NCBI GenBank assembly: GCA_963744145.1
Contig: CAVUSO010000001.1
Span: 6,528,001-6,592,000, forward strand
Origin: an uncultured cyanobacterium
GTDB lineage: Bacteria; Cyanobacteriota; Cyanobacteriia; Cyanobacteriales; CAWUOF01
Length of the DNA: 64,000 nt
Direction of reading: 5' to 3'
A model generated the notes under the pieces. The model made no database searches, had not been told where the DNA came from, and saw only the letters and a program-made list of their open reading frames with translations. Positions 50,649 to 60,354 of the stretch are shown in pieces; position 1 is the first letter of the stretch, and each line of letters starts with the position of its first letter. The position numbers and the translations under genes were made by a program.

Positions 50649-51560
50649 TTAAGAATCTCTAGGGATAGAACGACGGTACATTTCGCATAAATGAGCCAGA
50701 GTATCAATTAAGGTGAGACGGTAATCTAGCAATACTTCCTCACTCCGTCCTTCTAATTGGAGATGTTTAGCAAATTCATCCATTAATTCCATGTGAATTT
50801 CTACGATTTGGGTAACGGCAACATCAGCAAAAAAAACCATGTTTACAAATTCATCAATTTGTTGATTCAGTGGTGTTTTTGGAGAAAAATAATTTAAAAC
50901 TATTTTTCGATATTCTGATTTGAGCGTTTCTAGAAATTCTTGACGCTCCCCTGACGGTAAATTCCGCAAAAACTGTTGGGGATTCCTTTTGTAATACACA
51001 CCTAAGTATCCTAAACGCTCCCTCAATTTTTCAGCTAAACGTCGCTGCTGCCACATTAGTGAGTTTTGGTCATTAGTGCCAGCTACTACAGTTGAAGTCT
51101 GAGCTGTTAACTGAGGGGTGGGAGACATAGTTAGAAATTTGGCGATCGCTTGGTCTATGATTATGGGAATTTGACTAAGTTGATCAATCGACACCCGGAC
51201 TTCAGCGGGGTGGTAAATGCAGTTTAAATTCCCCCCATCTAAGAAATCTAATTTATTGGTAATAGTTTGGTTTTTCTGGGTCGGTTCAATTTTACTTATA
51301 CCTTCTAGCGCTACTTTAACAATAACAGAGGGTAATAAGGTGGCTTGTTCCCGTAGTTTTTTTACTACTGGCCAGAATTGGGGGTCATCTTGGACGATCA
51401 GACAATCAAGCTGCTCTTTGCGGTTTTCGACAAAATTGCTAAACTCCCTGGCTGAGGTAAGATGGGTCACAACATAGCGATCGCTAATTAAAAATGCCAT
51501 CAGCGACTGAGCTAACACAGCAGAATCAAAAAACGTAGCGATCGATAGTTGGGGACGCAA
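50649..51560 (-). CDS. kaiA: Circadian clock protein KaiA
   Basis: LGYLGVYYKR and LDYRLTLID.LAHLCEMYRRS motifs. Confidence 0.98.
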   Translation of the reverse strand: MRPQLSIATFFDSAVLAQSLMAFLISDRYVVTHLTSAREFSNFVENRKEQLDCLIVQDDPQFWPVVKKLREQATLLPSVIVKVALEGISKIEPTQKNQTITNKLDFLDGGNLNCIYHPAEVRVSIDQLSQIPIIIDQAIAKFLTMSPTPQLTAQTSTVVAGTNDQNSLMWQQRRLAEKLRERLGYLGVYYKRNPQQFLRNLPSGERQEFLETLKSEYRKIVLNYFSPKTPLNQQIDEFVNMVFFADVAVTQIVEIHMELMDEFAKHLQLEGRSEEVLLDYRLTLIDTLAHLCEMYRRSIPRDS

Positions 51561-51686
51561 GACCTTATCAGTATGAATTGATTTGTGGTTTTTTAGTTAA
51601 AGAACCTATTTTTACCGAAGAAGTTGCCAAGCTACTTCTCTATTATTCAACTTATACATTAATTTCAATCAAATGTAAAATGTTTA

Positions 51687-53534
51687 TTATGAAACGTTTT
51701 TCTTGGCTAAATTCGCAATCACCTGTTGCGGAACTCGCACCAGTTTATAAGCCCCAGTCACCTTGATGGTTTGGTACTGATCAGGTTGTAACCCTAAATC
51801 TAAGAACCTTTTATTATAACTTAAAATCAGAATGGTGTCTGGATGTGGTGCATGAGCAAGATTCTTTTTGATCGATTGAATTGCCGGATCAGGCTGGCGA
51901 AAGTATTCTACTGGTTGTTGAGTATAAAAGACTAAACTGGGTTTTTCAAAGCCAATCATCATCAACTCCTCTCCTGGTTGTTTGATCTGAACTACGAGTT
52001 GAGCCAATTGCCGTAAGGGAAGTTGACGTTGAGAATCCATCACAAAGTAAGCAGGGGTGATCGCAAAAATTAAAAATGCGGTTAATCCCAAAAAATTGGC
52101 ACTCCAGAGCCAATCCTGACCTCCAGAAATTAACAAAATCAAACAACCTATGGCGATCGCTAAAGTGAGCAAACCGCCAATCAAGAGGAGATGGGATTGG
52201 GCTAGAACCCCATCTAAATTAGGCATTGCCGGATCGTTATCGATCCAACGCGGGTGGGAGGTAATCGCCCAAATTGTCCCAGACACAATTAACCAAGTAA
52301 CTACGGTGAAAATTCCACTGATTTTAAACCCAGAAAAAACCCCCTCGGTGGTGGGTGAGTGAGTTAAGCGATCGCTCCATAATAGAGCCACTAAAATTGC
52401 CGTACCAGGCATTACGGGTAACACATAACTGGGTAATTTAGTCACGGCAATGGTAAAAAATCCGAAAATTACGGCGATCCAAAACAGGGAAAACAAACCT
52501 AACTGGGAGGAACGGGGTTGATTACACCAGTAGGAGCGGTTCCAGAAACGGAGCTTGACGATCGCCAATGGTAAATAAACCGACCATGGTGCAAAAGCAA
52601 TCGGCACTACCAAAAAGTAAAAAAACCAGGGAGCCGAATGATTATTGACTACACTGGTAAAACGTTCTAAGTTGTGATAACCAAAAAAAGAATTAATATA
52701 TTTTTGGCCATTAGCCCCAATTACCAAAACATACCAAGGGACAGAAATTAGTAAAAAAACGATACTGCCCCAAAATAGCTGCATTTCCTGTAATACTGCT
52801 CGCCAGTTGCCCAGGTAAAGCAAAAATAGACTAATCACTAAACCGGGTAAAACGATCCCTACCGGTCCTTTAGTCAACACCGCTAGACTAGCAAGGACAT
52901 AAAAAGCCAGATACCATCGGCTTTTGCGCTGAGGTTCTGGTTCAGCATAAGCAATAAAAAAAGCTAATAACGCTGAACACATACATCCAGTCAGGAGCAT
53001 ATCCGAAACTCCTGTTCTAGCCCAAGCGATGGTTTGGGGATTTAACGCGATCATGGCTGCACCCAACCAAGCAGATAACCAGAGCTGTTTTGACTGGGGT
53101 AAAGAAGCACGATCACTGGTGGTTGGTTCCAGGTTCTGGCTGGATGGATAAACCCCAAAATAACGTAAAGTGTAAAATCCTAGACCCATCAGTCCGATCG
53201 CGGCTAAAGCTGAGGGGAAACGGACTGCCCATTCATTTACTCCCAAACAGCGATAAGCGATCGCCATTAACCAATAAATCAAAGGCGGTTTATCGAAACG
53301 AGTTTCACCATTAAAATAAGGTGTGATCCAATTGCCAGTTACGTTCATTTGGCGAGCCGCTTCGGCAAACAGAGGCTCAGTTTCATCGACTAGCCCAATG
53401 TTACCCAAGTTCCATAAAAAAGCTAGTAAGGCGATCGCCACTAGCCAAACCACTGATAGGCTCCAAGCCAGGACAGGGTGTTTTTCTGATAATTGAAACA
53501 GATTTGTAACCGCGTTATTTAACCTTAAATTCAT
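51687..53534 (-). CDS. ArnT/GT39-family glycosyltransferase
   Basis: DETE, FDKPPL.YW, LTKGP and TKLPSY motifs. Confidence 0.92.
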   Translation of the reverse strand: MNLRLNNAVTNLFQLSEKHPVLAWSLSVVWLVAIALLAFLWNLGNIGLVDETEPLFAEAARQMNVTGNWITPYFNGETRFDKPPLIYWLMAIAYRCLGVNEWAVRFPSALAAIGLMGLGFYTLRYFGVYPSSQNLEPTTSDRASLPQSKQLWLSAWLGAAMIALNPQTIAWARTGVSDMLLTGCMCSALLAFFIAYAEPEPQRKSRWYLAFYVLASLAVLTKGPVGIVLPGLVISLFLLYLGNWRAVLQEMQLFWGSIVFLLISVPWYVLVIGANGQKYINSFFGYHNLERFTSVVNNHSAPWFFYFLVVPIAFAPWSVYLPLAIVKLRFWNRSYWCNQPRSSQLGLFSLFWIAVIFGFFTIAVTKLPSYVLPVMPGTAILVALLWSDRLTHSPTTEGVFSGFKISGIFTVVTWLIVSGTIWAITSHPRWIDNDPAMPNLDGVLAQSHLLLIGGLLTLAIAIGCLILLISGGQDWLWSANFLGLTAFLIFAITPAYFVMDSQRQLPLRQLAQLVVQIKQPGEELMMIGFEKPSLVFYTQQPVEYFRQPDPAIQSIKKNLAHAPHPDTILILSYNKRFLDLGLQPDQYQTIKVTGAYKLVRVPQQVIANLAKKNVS

Positions 53535-53625
53535 TCAGCCTGGGATCAATTTTTGGGGGCTATCTCAGTTGATTTTATCAGGAAAACCACTTGTTTCACT
53601 ACCAGATAACTAGGAAAAATCCCGT

Positions 53626-54261
53626 TTACGATCGCAAGATTAACTGCCATTCTCCAGTTTTGCTATTCCAAACTGGTAAGGATGTCTTGCCCACTACATA
53701 AGGACCCCAGTAACGACGGGACCCATCTTGGGCAAAGGCTACGATAATATCTGTAGGTTGTAGTTTTAATGTCCCTTCTGGAAGGGATAAGATTAAGCCT
53801 TTACTACCCCCTTCCTCGGGAGCAAAGTCCCAATGGGCTGGTTTACTATATTGATTTTCTTTTGACTGCCATAGTAATAGTGCAATTCGGACTGGATGTT
53901 CGGTAAGGTTACTTACTCGTAATTGACCTTGAGAATTGGTGGGAGATGACGCATCAGCATCGGGGACGGTGACATCGTTAGATAGTTTTTCTGGTGTGGG
54001 TGTAGCTGTCGGCTCCTGCTCTAATGGCTGGCTGGTTGGTGATGGTGGTGTTTCTTCCCAAATTGGTGGTGCGGGTAATACCCCGATTTGGGATGGTACG
54101 GAACGGTTGGCTTTTGGTAAAGCAATTCCTTCTGGTAAGGGTAATGGTCCTGGGGGTACTGGTTCAATAGAAATACTAAATCTAAAGCTTCCTAGTACCA
54201 GGATAAAAGTGAGAATGATTGGTAAAGCAACAATAACAACCGGGTATAGTTTTAATTTCAT
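53626..54261 (-). CDS. Hypothetical membrane-anchored Pro-rich protein
   Basis: N-terminal TM, Pro-rich linker, C-terminal domain HWDFAP..YWGPY. Confidence 0.75.
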   Translation of the reverse strand: MKLKLYPVVIVALPIILTFILVLGSFRFSISIEPVPPGPLPLPEGIALPKANRSVPSQIGVLPAPPIWEETPPSPTSQPLEQEPTATPTPEKLSNDVTVPDADASSPTNSQGQLRVSNLTEHPVRIALLLWQSKENQYSKPAHWDFAPEEGGSKGLILSLPEGTLKLQPTDIIVAFAQDGSRRYWGPYVVGKTSLPVWNSKTGEWQLILRS

Positions 54262-54473
54262 AGATTTACATTGGTAGACGCGAAACCCCTGCCATTACTT
54301 TACTGCGGGGATCGCTAGCTTGACTGGAACCAAAAATAATTGTTTGGTTTTATTCTATTTATGCTTTGATCTAACTCGGGGATCGATATCTAGGTAGTTG
54401 ATTTTCTCCTCAGAGCATGGCGATAGCGTCAAACTAATCCGATGGTTAGGTTAGCATAGTTGATCACCAATTT

Positions 54474-54824
54474 TTGAGATTAATTAGACCCATGCAAAAT
54501 ACGCGCCTAAATATACTCCTCAATGTTGTTATTCAACAGTTAAGTGGATGGCTACGCAATCCTTGGCGACGATTATCCTTGATCCTGATTAGCTTACTGT
54601 TTGGTTTTTTTCTAGGAACAGCAATTTCCACGCTGACAGGACAAAGAGGAAACTGGGATATTGTCGTTGCTGGGACTTTATTGATATTGGTTGAGGGGCT
54701 TAACTGGTTAGTTTATGGTGATCAGCGCCGCTTGGTCAAACCCCTGTTGCGAGATTTGCTGAATGCTTTAAAAATTGGTGTCACCTATAGTTTATTTGTT
54801 GATGCCTTAAAATTGGGCTCTTGA
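54474..54824 (+). CDS. ycf20: Ycf20/DUF565 protein
   Basis: MQNTRL..NPWRR..K.G..Y.LFVDA.KLGS; likely start ATG 54492. Confidence 0.88.
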   Translation: MRLIRPMQNTRLNILLNVVIQQLSGWLRNPWRRLSLILISLLFGFFLGTAISTLTGQRGNWDIVVAGTLLILVEGLNWLVYGDQRRLVKPLLRDLLNALKIGVTYSLFVDALKLGS

Positions 54825-54828
54825 GCTG

Positions 54829-55917
54829 ATGTTGCAACCAAGTTCACTAATTCTATCGATCCTGCGCTCTTGGGCTGATGGTCAGACACCCACCAAATCA
54901 GCATTTTCTGATTTGGCAGCTTGGGCCTTAGCTGATCCCCAAATGGCTACCGCTTTCGGGATCACTCCGGAAAATGTCACGATGATGATTGAGAAGCGAT
55001 CGCAGTTATTTGAGTCAGTCCTAGCAGCACTAAAACAGGATCAAGAAGATGGTTATATAGAACCTTTTTTTTCTTTTGAACCAACCTACTTTCTCTGGTC
55101 CCTCTGGAATTTATGGCTACCTTTAGCCCTTGGGATCGCAACTGCGTATTCTGAGCAAGAACGTCCCTTGATTCAGGGGATTTTAGGAGGTCAAGGTACG
55201 GGCAAAACTACTTTAGCTCATATTCTGATTTTTATTCTTGATGTGATGGGCTATAACGCCATTACTTTCTCTTTGGATGACCTTTATAAAACTTATGTAG
55301 ACCGTTGTCGTTTACGTGAACATGATCCTCGGTTGATTTGGCGTGGACCACCGGGTACCCATGATCTTGATTTAGGGGTATTAATTCTTGATCAATTACG
55401 TCAGTCCGAACAAAAATATCCGATTTTAATCCCCCGTTTTGATAAATCAGCTTGGAATGGGGCTGGCGATCGCACTGACCCAGAAATGGTGATGGGTGTG
55501 GATATTGTCTTGTTTGAGGGTTGGTTTGTGGGAGTCCGACCGATTGATCCCCTATTATTCGCCACAGCACCCTTACCAATTGTGACTGATGCCGATCGAT
55601 TATTTGCCCGTGATATGAATGATCAGTTGCAGCATTATTTACCTTTGTGGGAACGATTGGATCGGTTGATCGTCCTTTATGTTAATGATTATCGACTATC
55701 AATTCAATGGCGTCAGCAAGCAGAACATGAGCTGATTGCTGTTACTCAAGCGGGGATGAGTGATGCAGAAATTGAGAACTTTGTCAAGTATTTTTGGAAA
55801 GCTTTACATCCAGAGTTATTTATTAAACCCTTGACGAGAAATCCTCAATTAGTTGATTTGGTAATTGAAATTAACCCTGATCATTCAGTTGGAGCTGTGT
55901 ATCAACCACAAAACTAA
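54829..55917 (+). CDS. D-glycerate 3-kinase-like P-loop kinase
   Basis: GGQGTGKT, SLDDLY, RGPPGTHD and FEGW motifs. Confidence 0.85.
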   Translation: MLQPSSLILSILRSWADGQTPTKSAFSDLAAWALADPQMATAFGITPENVTMMIEKRSQLFESVLAALKQDQEDGYIEPFFSFEPTYFLWSLWNLWLPLALGIATAYSEQERPLIQGILGGQGTGKTTLAHILIFILDVMGYNAITFSLDDLYKTYVDRCRLREHDPRLIWRGPPGTHDLDLGVLILDQLRQSEQKYPILIPRFDKSAWNGAGDRTDPEMVMGVDIVLFEGWFVGVRPIDPLLFATAPLPIVTDADRLFARDMNDQLQHYLPLWERLDRLIVLYVNDYRLSIQWRQQAEHELIAVTQAGMSDAEIENFVKYFWKALHPELFIKPLTRNPQLVDLVIEINPDHSVGAVYQPQN

Positions 55918-55926
55918 TTGGTTTTG

Positions 55927-56379
55927 CTACTGATTAGGTTGACCCCATCTACTATTATATAAGTTTTGTAACTCTATTGTCCGATCTTTAGTCATCTTGG
56001 TTTCGCAAAAATGTATGGCGATCGGTTCCAATGTCCCACCACCACTCCGCGAATGTTTAACCTGATCCTCACATTGACTATTTCTCAAGTTAAGCCAATT
56101 TTGTTGTTGTTCTTTTAGAGATGTTGCTTCATCATCAGCTACCTTACCAATAATCTTATTAAAAACTTCATTCATTTCATTTTCTGCCGCTATTTGATTA
56201 TTGGCACTACAATCTAAAAGTTCAACATTATTACTCACCTTACTGCAATCTAGATCTGACTGTGCTATTTGCTGGACTGCTTTTCGCTTGGGCTGGGTTA
56301 ATTCAGCATTTGCTAATAAAGCTAAACTATTACAAAAGGTCAATAATATTGTAACCATGAACAATATTTTTTTTACCAT
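55927..56379 (-). CDS. LprI/DUF1311 secreted protein
   Basis: Signal peptide; L..QQ.NW..LR..QC and C.......RT.EL. Confidence 0.8.
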   Translation of the reverse strand: MVKKILFMVTILLTFCNSLALLANAELTQPKRKAVQQIAQSDLDCSKVSNNVELLDCSANNQIAAENEMNEVFNKIIGKVADDEATSLKEQQQNWLNLRNSQCEDQVKHSRSGGGTLEPIAIHFCETKMTKDRTIELQNLYNSRWGQPNQ

Positions 56380-56675
56380 TTTCTTGTCTTGTAAAAAACT
56401 GCTCTACCCGATTTTATCACGGTTAGTACATTTTGTCAATCATGCTAAATATTGCTGTAAGTCCCTAGTCTGATCCATGACTTTTAGCATAGGAATACTA
56501 GGAAAATTGTCATATTCAAAGTAATTACTTTTTTAAGTATCAGTGTAGGCTTTCACATATATATACTAACAGAGAAACTACTACATTTTTCCACGACAAG
56601 GGTTATGACAGTTCTGTCAGACCCTTTTTATTTTAATAGAGGGAAAACCTTTTGCCGCACAAGTATCTGAATTTT

Positions 56676-57632
56676 CTAACTGGTGAGAGCAGACTCAACC
56701 ATCATTCTGGCAATATCTTTCATTTTATATTCAGCTTCCCAGCCAAAGGTGTGTTTAGCTTTAGTAGGATTACCCCGACTAACGCTAATATCCGTGGGAC
56801 GGAATAAATCAACATTAATCACCACATATTCGCGCCAATCAAGAGTAAAATAGTTAAATACTTCAGCAATAAAACTTTCTAACTTGTAAGTTTCTCCAGT
56901 CGCAATCACAAAATCATCAGCCTGTTCCTGTTGTAACATACGATACATCGCTTCCACATATTCCGGTGCCCATCCCCAGTCACGCTGAATCGAAATATCA
57001 CCCAAATAAAGTTTTTCTGGTTTACCCATTGCAATTGCACAAGCAGTAGTAACAATTTTCTGGGTCACAAATCTTCTTGGTCTGAGAGGAGAGTCATGGT
57101 TAAATAGAATACCCGAACAAGCAAACAGATGATATGCTTCCCGATAGTTTGCTACTTCCCAGAATGCAGCAGCTTTAGCAACTGCGTAGGGACTACGAGG
57201 ACGAAAGGGAGTCATTTCTGTTGCTGGAGATTCCCTGGTATCCCCAAAGCATTCACTGGAACTAGCATTATATAATTTGATATTATTACCCATAAATCTG
57301 ATTGCTTCAAGTAAATTCAGGGTGCCGATCGTAATGCTTTCCATTGTTTCGACAGGTTGTTCAAAGGACAACCCAACGGATGTTTGTCCGGCTAAATTAT
57401 AAATTTCATCTGGTTGCACCTTTTTGATCACTTGTAATACACTACGAAAGTCAGTTAGTGCCATTGATTCTAATTTGATTTGGTCAAAAATGCCCAATTT
57501 TACCAGATTTTGAAAATTAGACATTTGGGCATCCCGTGATGTCCCCCAAACCAGATATCCTTGGTTTAAAAGCAACCGAGCTAGATAGGCTCCATCTTGA
57601 CCAGAAACACCACAAATTAAGGCGGTTTTCAT
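56676..57632 (-). CDS. gmd: GDP-mannose 4,6-dehydratase family
   Basis: GVSGQDG, SPYAVAK and RDWGWA motifs. Confidence 0.88.
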   Translation of the reverse strand: MKTALICGVSGQDGAYLARLLLNQGYLVWGTSRDAQMSNFQNLVKLGIFDQIKLESMALTDFRSVLQVIKKVQPDEIYNLAGQTSVGLSFEQPVETMESITIGTLNLLEAIRFMGNNIKLYNASSSECFGDTRESPATEMTPFRPRSPYAVAKAAAFWEVANYREAYHLFACSGILFNHDSPLRPRRFVTQKIVTTACAIAMGKPEKLYLGDISIQRDWGWAPEYVEAMYRMLQQEQADDFVIATGETYKLESFIAEVFNYFTLDWREYVVINVDLFRPTDISVSRGNPTKAKHTFGWEAEYKMKDIARMMVESALTS

Positions 57633-57655
57633 CTATTTTTATTGAGTAGAATGAT

Positions 57656-59218
57656 ATGGATTATTGCTGGTTTTCTTCTTATAGATCAATCATAATCTGG
57701 AAATTAAGCAAAAATTTCGGTTTAGCGATCGCGATCGTGATCTGCTGGTCAGGAACAGGACTAGCACAATTACCAACACTTTCCCCAGGATTATCTCCCC
57801 AAGTTCCCCTACCACCACCTCCACCACCAATTAATCCTGCTGATCTTCCCCAAAATCCTGGTTTATCTCAATCAGAAACTGCTTATACTCTTGGTGCGGG
57901 CGATCGCATTAAAATTGATTTTTTTAATGTGCCTGAATATAGTAAAGAGTATCAAATTCTAGTGGATGGTTCGCTCAATTTACCCTTAGTTGGCACGATT
58001 TCTTTACAAGACTTAACTATACCACAAGCCACAGATTTATTATCTAATCGCTATACTCCTTTTCTGACTCATCCCCAGGTTACTGTATTGCTCCTCGGTC
58101 CACGTCCCCTAAATATCGCGATCGCTGGAGAGGTGACTCGTCCAGGAACTTATCAAATCAATCCCGCTCGGGAAGCTCTGAATGGGTTGCAATTTCCTAC
58201 TTTAACTCAAGCACTTGAACTAGCGAAAGGGGTAACTCCAGCAGCGAATGTGCAAGAGATCAAAATTCGTCGTATTCAAAAAGGTAATATACCGCAAATT
58301 ATTACAGTTAACCTAGCTGAATTTTTACGAACTGCGGATCGTTCTCAAGATATTACTTTACGAGATGGAGACTCAATTTTTGTTTCTACTGCAACTCAAA
58401 TCAATCCCCAAGAAGTTACCCAAAGAGCTAACGCTACTTTTGCTGCTGATATCAACGCTCCCGTTAATATTACCATTGTGGGTGAAGTCAATCATCCCGG
58501 ACCATATACGGTACTGACGAGTAACTTACGAGTAACGGACCCACCTAATAAATTAAGTTTGTTAGACCCAAATCAATCCGCAAATTCAGCAGCAGAGTCT
58601 TTAGGAGGAACACCAACCGTAAGTCGAGCAATTAAACTTGCTGGTGGAATTAAACCAGAAGCAGATTTGCGTAATATTCAAGTAATTCGTCGTCCGAAAG
58701 CAGGTGCTAACCAAATTTTAAATGTAAATCTGTGGAAATTATTGCAGACTGGAGATATTACCCAAGATATCTTACTCCAAGAAGGAGATAGTATTATTGT
58801 CGCCAAGGCTGATGCTGTTAATGTCACGGAAAATAACCAAATTGCTGATGCTAGTTTTTCTCCCAATGTGATCACCATTAATGTCGTTGGTGGAGTGATT
58901 AAACCCGGAGCAATTCAAGTACCAACTAATACAGGGTTAATTCAAGGTGTCATTGCAGCTGGTGGTTTTAGTAATCCGCGATCGCAAAAAGGTAATCTAG
59001 AATTAGTTCGTCTCAATTATAATGGTACAATTTCTCGTCAGGTCGTTCCGATTGATCTGTCTAAAGGTTTGAATCAGCAAAATAATCCGGTTCTCCATAA
59101 CAATGATGTGATTATTGTCGCTCAATCTGATCCTAAAAGTTTTAATAATACCCTGGGGACACTCTTAAATCCTTTTACCGGAGTTTTGGGGGTAGTAAAA
59201 TTTCTGTTTGGGTTATAA
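57656..59218 (+). CDS. Polysaccharide export (Wza/SLBB) protein
   Basis: YTLGAGDRI, DG.LNLPLVG and repeated GEV.RPG.Y / L.DGD.I. Confidence 0.92.
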   Translation: MDYCWFSSYRSIIIWKLSKNFGLAIAIVICWSGTGLAQLPTLSPGLSPQVPLPPPPPPINPADLPQNPGLSQSETAYTLGAGDRIKIDFFNVPEYSKEYQILVDGSLNLPLVGTISLQDLTIPQATDLLSNRYTPFLTHPQVTVLLLGPRPLNIAIAGEVTRPGTYQINPAREALNGLQFPTLTQALELAKGVTPAANVQEIKIRRIQKGNIPQIITVNLAEFLRTADRSQDITLRDGDSIFVSTATQINPQEVTQRANATFAADINAPVNITIVGEVNHPGPYTVLTSNLRVTDPPNKLSLLDPNQSANSAAESLGGTPTVSRAIKLAGGIKPEADLRNIQVIRRPKAGANQILNVNLWKLLQTGDITQDILLQEGDSIIVAKADAVNVTENNQIADASFSPNVITINVVGGVIKPGAIQVPTNTGLIQGVIAAGGFSNPRSQKGNLELVRLNYNGTISRQVVPIDLSKGLNQQNNPVLHNNDVIIVAQSDPKSFNNTLGTLLNPFTGVLGVVKFLFGL

Positions 59219-59386
59219 TAAGTCCGCGCATATCCCCAAAAACATTCTTAACTGAACTGTATTGGCCATGAACTAACAGATCAACCTCAGATTAAGTACA
59301 ATTTTATGGTAAATTGGGATGACCTGTTTAGTACCGATCGCTAGCTCTGATCAAGAATAATTATCCTTTGCATACCAAATGTATTT

Positions 59387-59968
59387 ATGAAAACTAGAAC
59401 TCGTATCCAGAAAAAGAAAAAACTTCCTTTCTCCTCTGTCTCTGAGTCGGAAGATCATCTGTTCCAAGCTCGTCCTTTTGCTGATGAGTCTGAAGGAGCA
59501 GAAATCGCTGATCTTAACCTCCAAAATGATCAGGAAGAACCAATTGGACATAATTTCTCTCAGATCCAGGTATCGGACAGAACAGCTATCCAACCAAAGG
59601 TTAGCTTAGGAGTACCGGGACATCATCCAAAACTCAAAGCGATCAAAGATAAACAGGATGGGGAAGTGTTGGATGCTCAAGCAATTTCCCAATATTTACA
59701 AACCTTACCTGATTGGACTATTATTGATGCCAAACTAAATTTTTCCGCTGAATATCCTGATTTAGTGGAAATGGAAAATTTTGTTAATTCTGTTAAAAAA
59801 GCCCAACAAGAAATTGGTCATCAAGCTGAACTAAAAATTAATGAAAATCAAGTCTCCATTACCCTAGTTACTCACGAAGTGGGAGGATTAACTGAAAAAG
59901 ATTTTACCCTAGCAAAAGCGATCTCACAATTAACCCAGGTAGAGGAAAATAATTCCCAGGAAGCCTAA
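59387..59968 (+). CDS. CIS-associated-leader-like N-terminus fused to pterin-4a-carbinolamine dehydratase-like domain
   Basis: FQARPF..GHNFSQIQV..IQPKVSLG; L..LPDW..GH..L.THEVGGLTEKDF.LA. Confidence 0.7.
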   Translation: MKTRTRIQKKKKLPFSSVSESEDHLFQARPFADESEGAEIADLNLQNDQEEPIGHNFSQIQVSDRTAIQPKVSLGVPGHHPKLKAIKDKQDGEVLDAQAISQYLQTLPDWTIIDAKLNFSAEYPDLVEMENFVNSVKKAQQEIGHQAELKINENQVSITLVTHEVGGLTEKDFTLAKAISQLTQVEENNSQEA

Positions 59969-59976
59969 GTAAAAAT

Positions 59977-60017
59977 ACCCAGTAATTGACAATTAGAAAT
60001 CATCTCAATTACTAGGT
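59977..60017. terminator. Hairpin between convergent genes
   Basis: ACCCAGTAATTGA...TCAATTACTAGGT. Confidence 0.5.
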
Positions 60018-60028
60018 AATTTTCCGGT

Positions 60029-60238
60029 TTAGATCCCTGGAATTTCTGACACTTTGCTTTTTATTTCCTGAACTTGAAAACTGGTAACTTCTTGCCATTC
60101 TTCAATGGTAAAATCATAGCCTAATTCTCCTGCCATTTTCACAAAATCTTCTAGACTAGGAGCGGAGTTGAGTCTTTCTTTTAATGTCTGATCAGTTTGG
60201 GCAGCTCGAAAGAGTTTAGTAACTTGCTCTTTTGCCAT
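60029..60238 (-). CDS. Nif11-like domain small protein
   Basis: D..LKE.L......F..MA.ELGYDFT.EE. Confidence 0.82.
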   Translation of the reverse strand: MAKEQVTKLFRAAQTDQTLKERLNSAPSLEDFVKMAGELGYDFTIEEWQEVTSFQVQEIKSKVSEIPGI

Positions 60239-60354
60239 ATTTATTTAATTACCGATTTGAGGTCAAACTAACAATAACAATTAAGATTAAGTTTGTTGTC
60301 AAATTTAATAAAAATTAAAGAAACCCAGACCGGAAATCATCCCATTTAATAATT

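Noticed and set aside
54272..54320. GC-rich imperfect hairpin as a riboswitch or IS end
   Set aside because: No recognisable consensus; single copy
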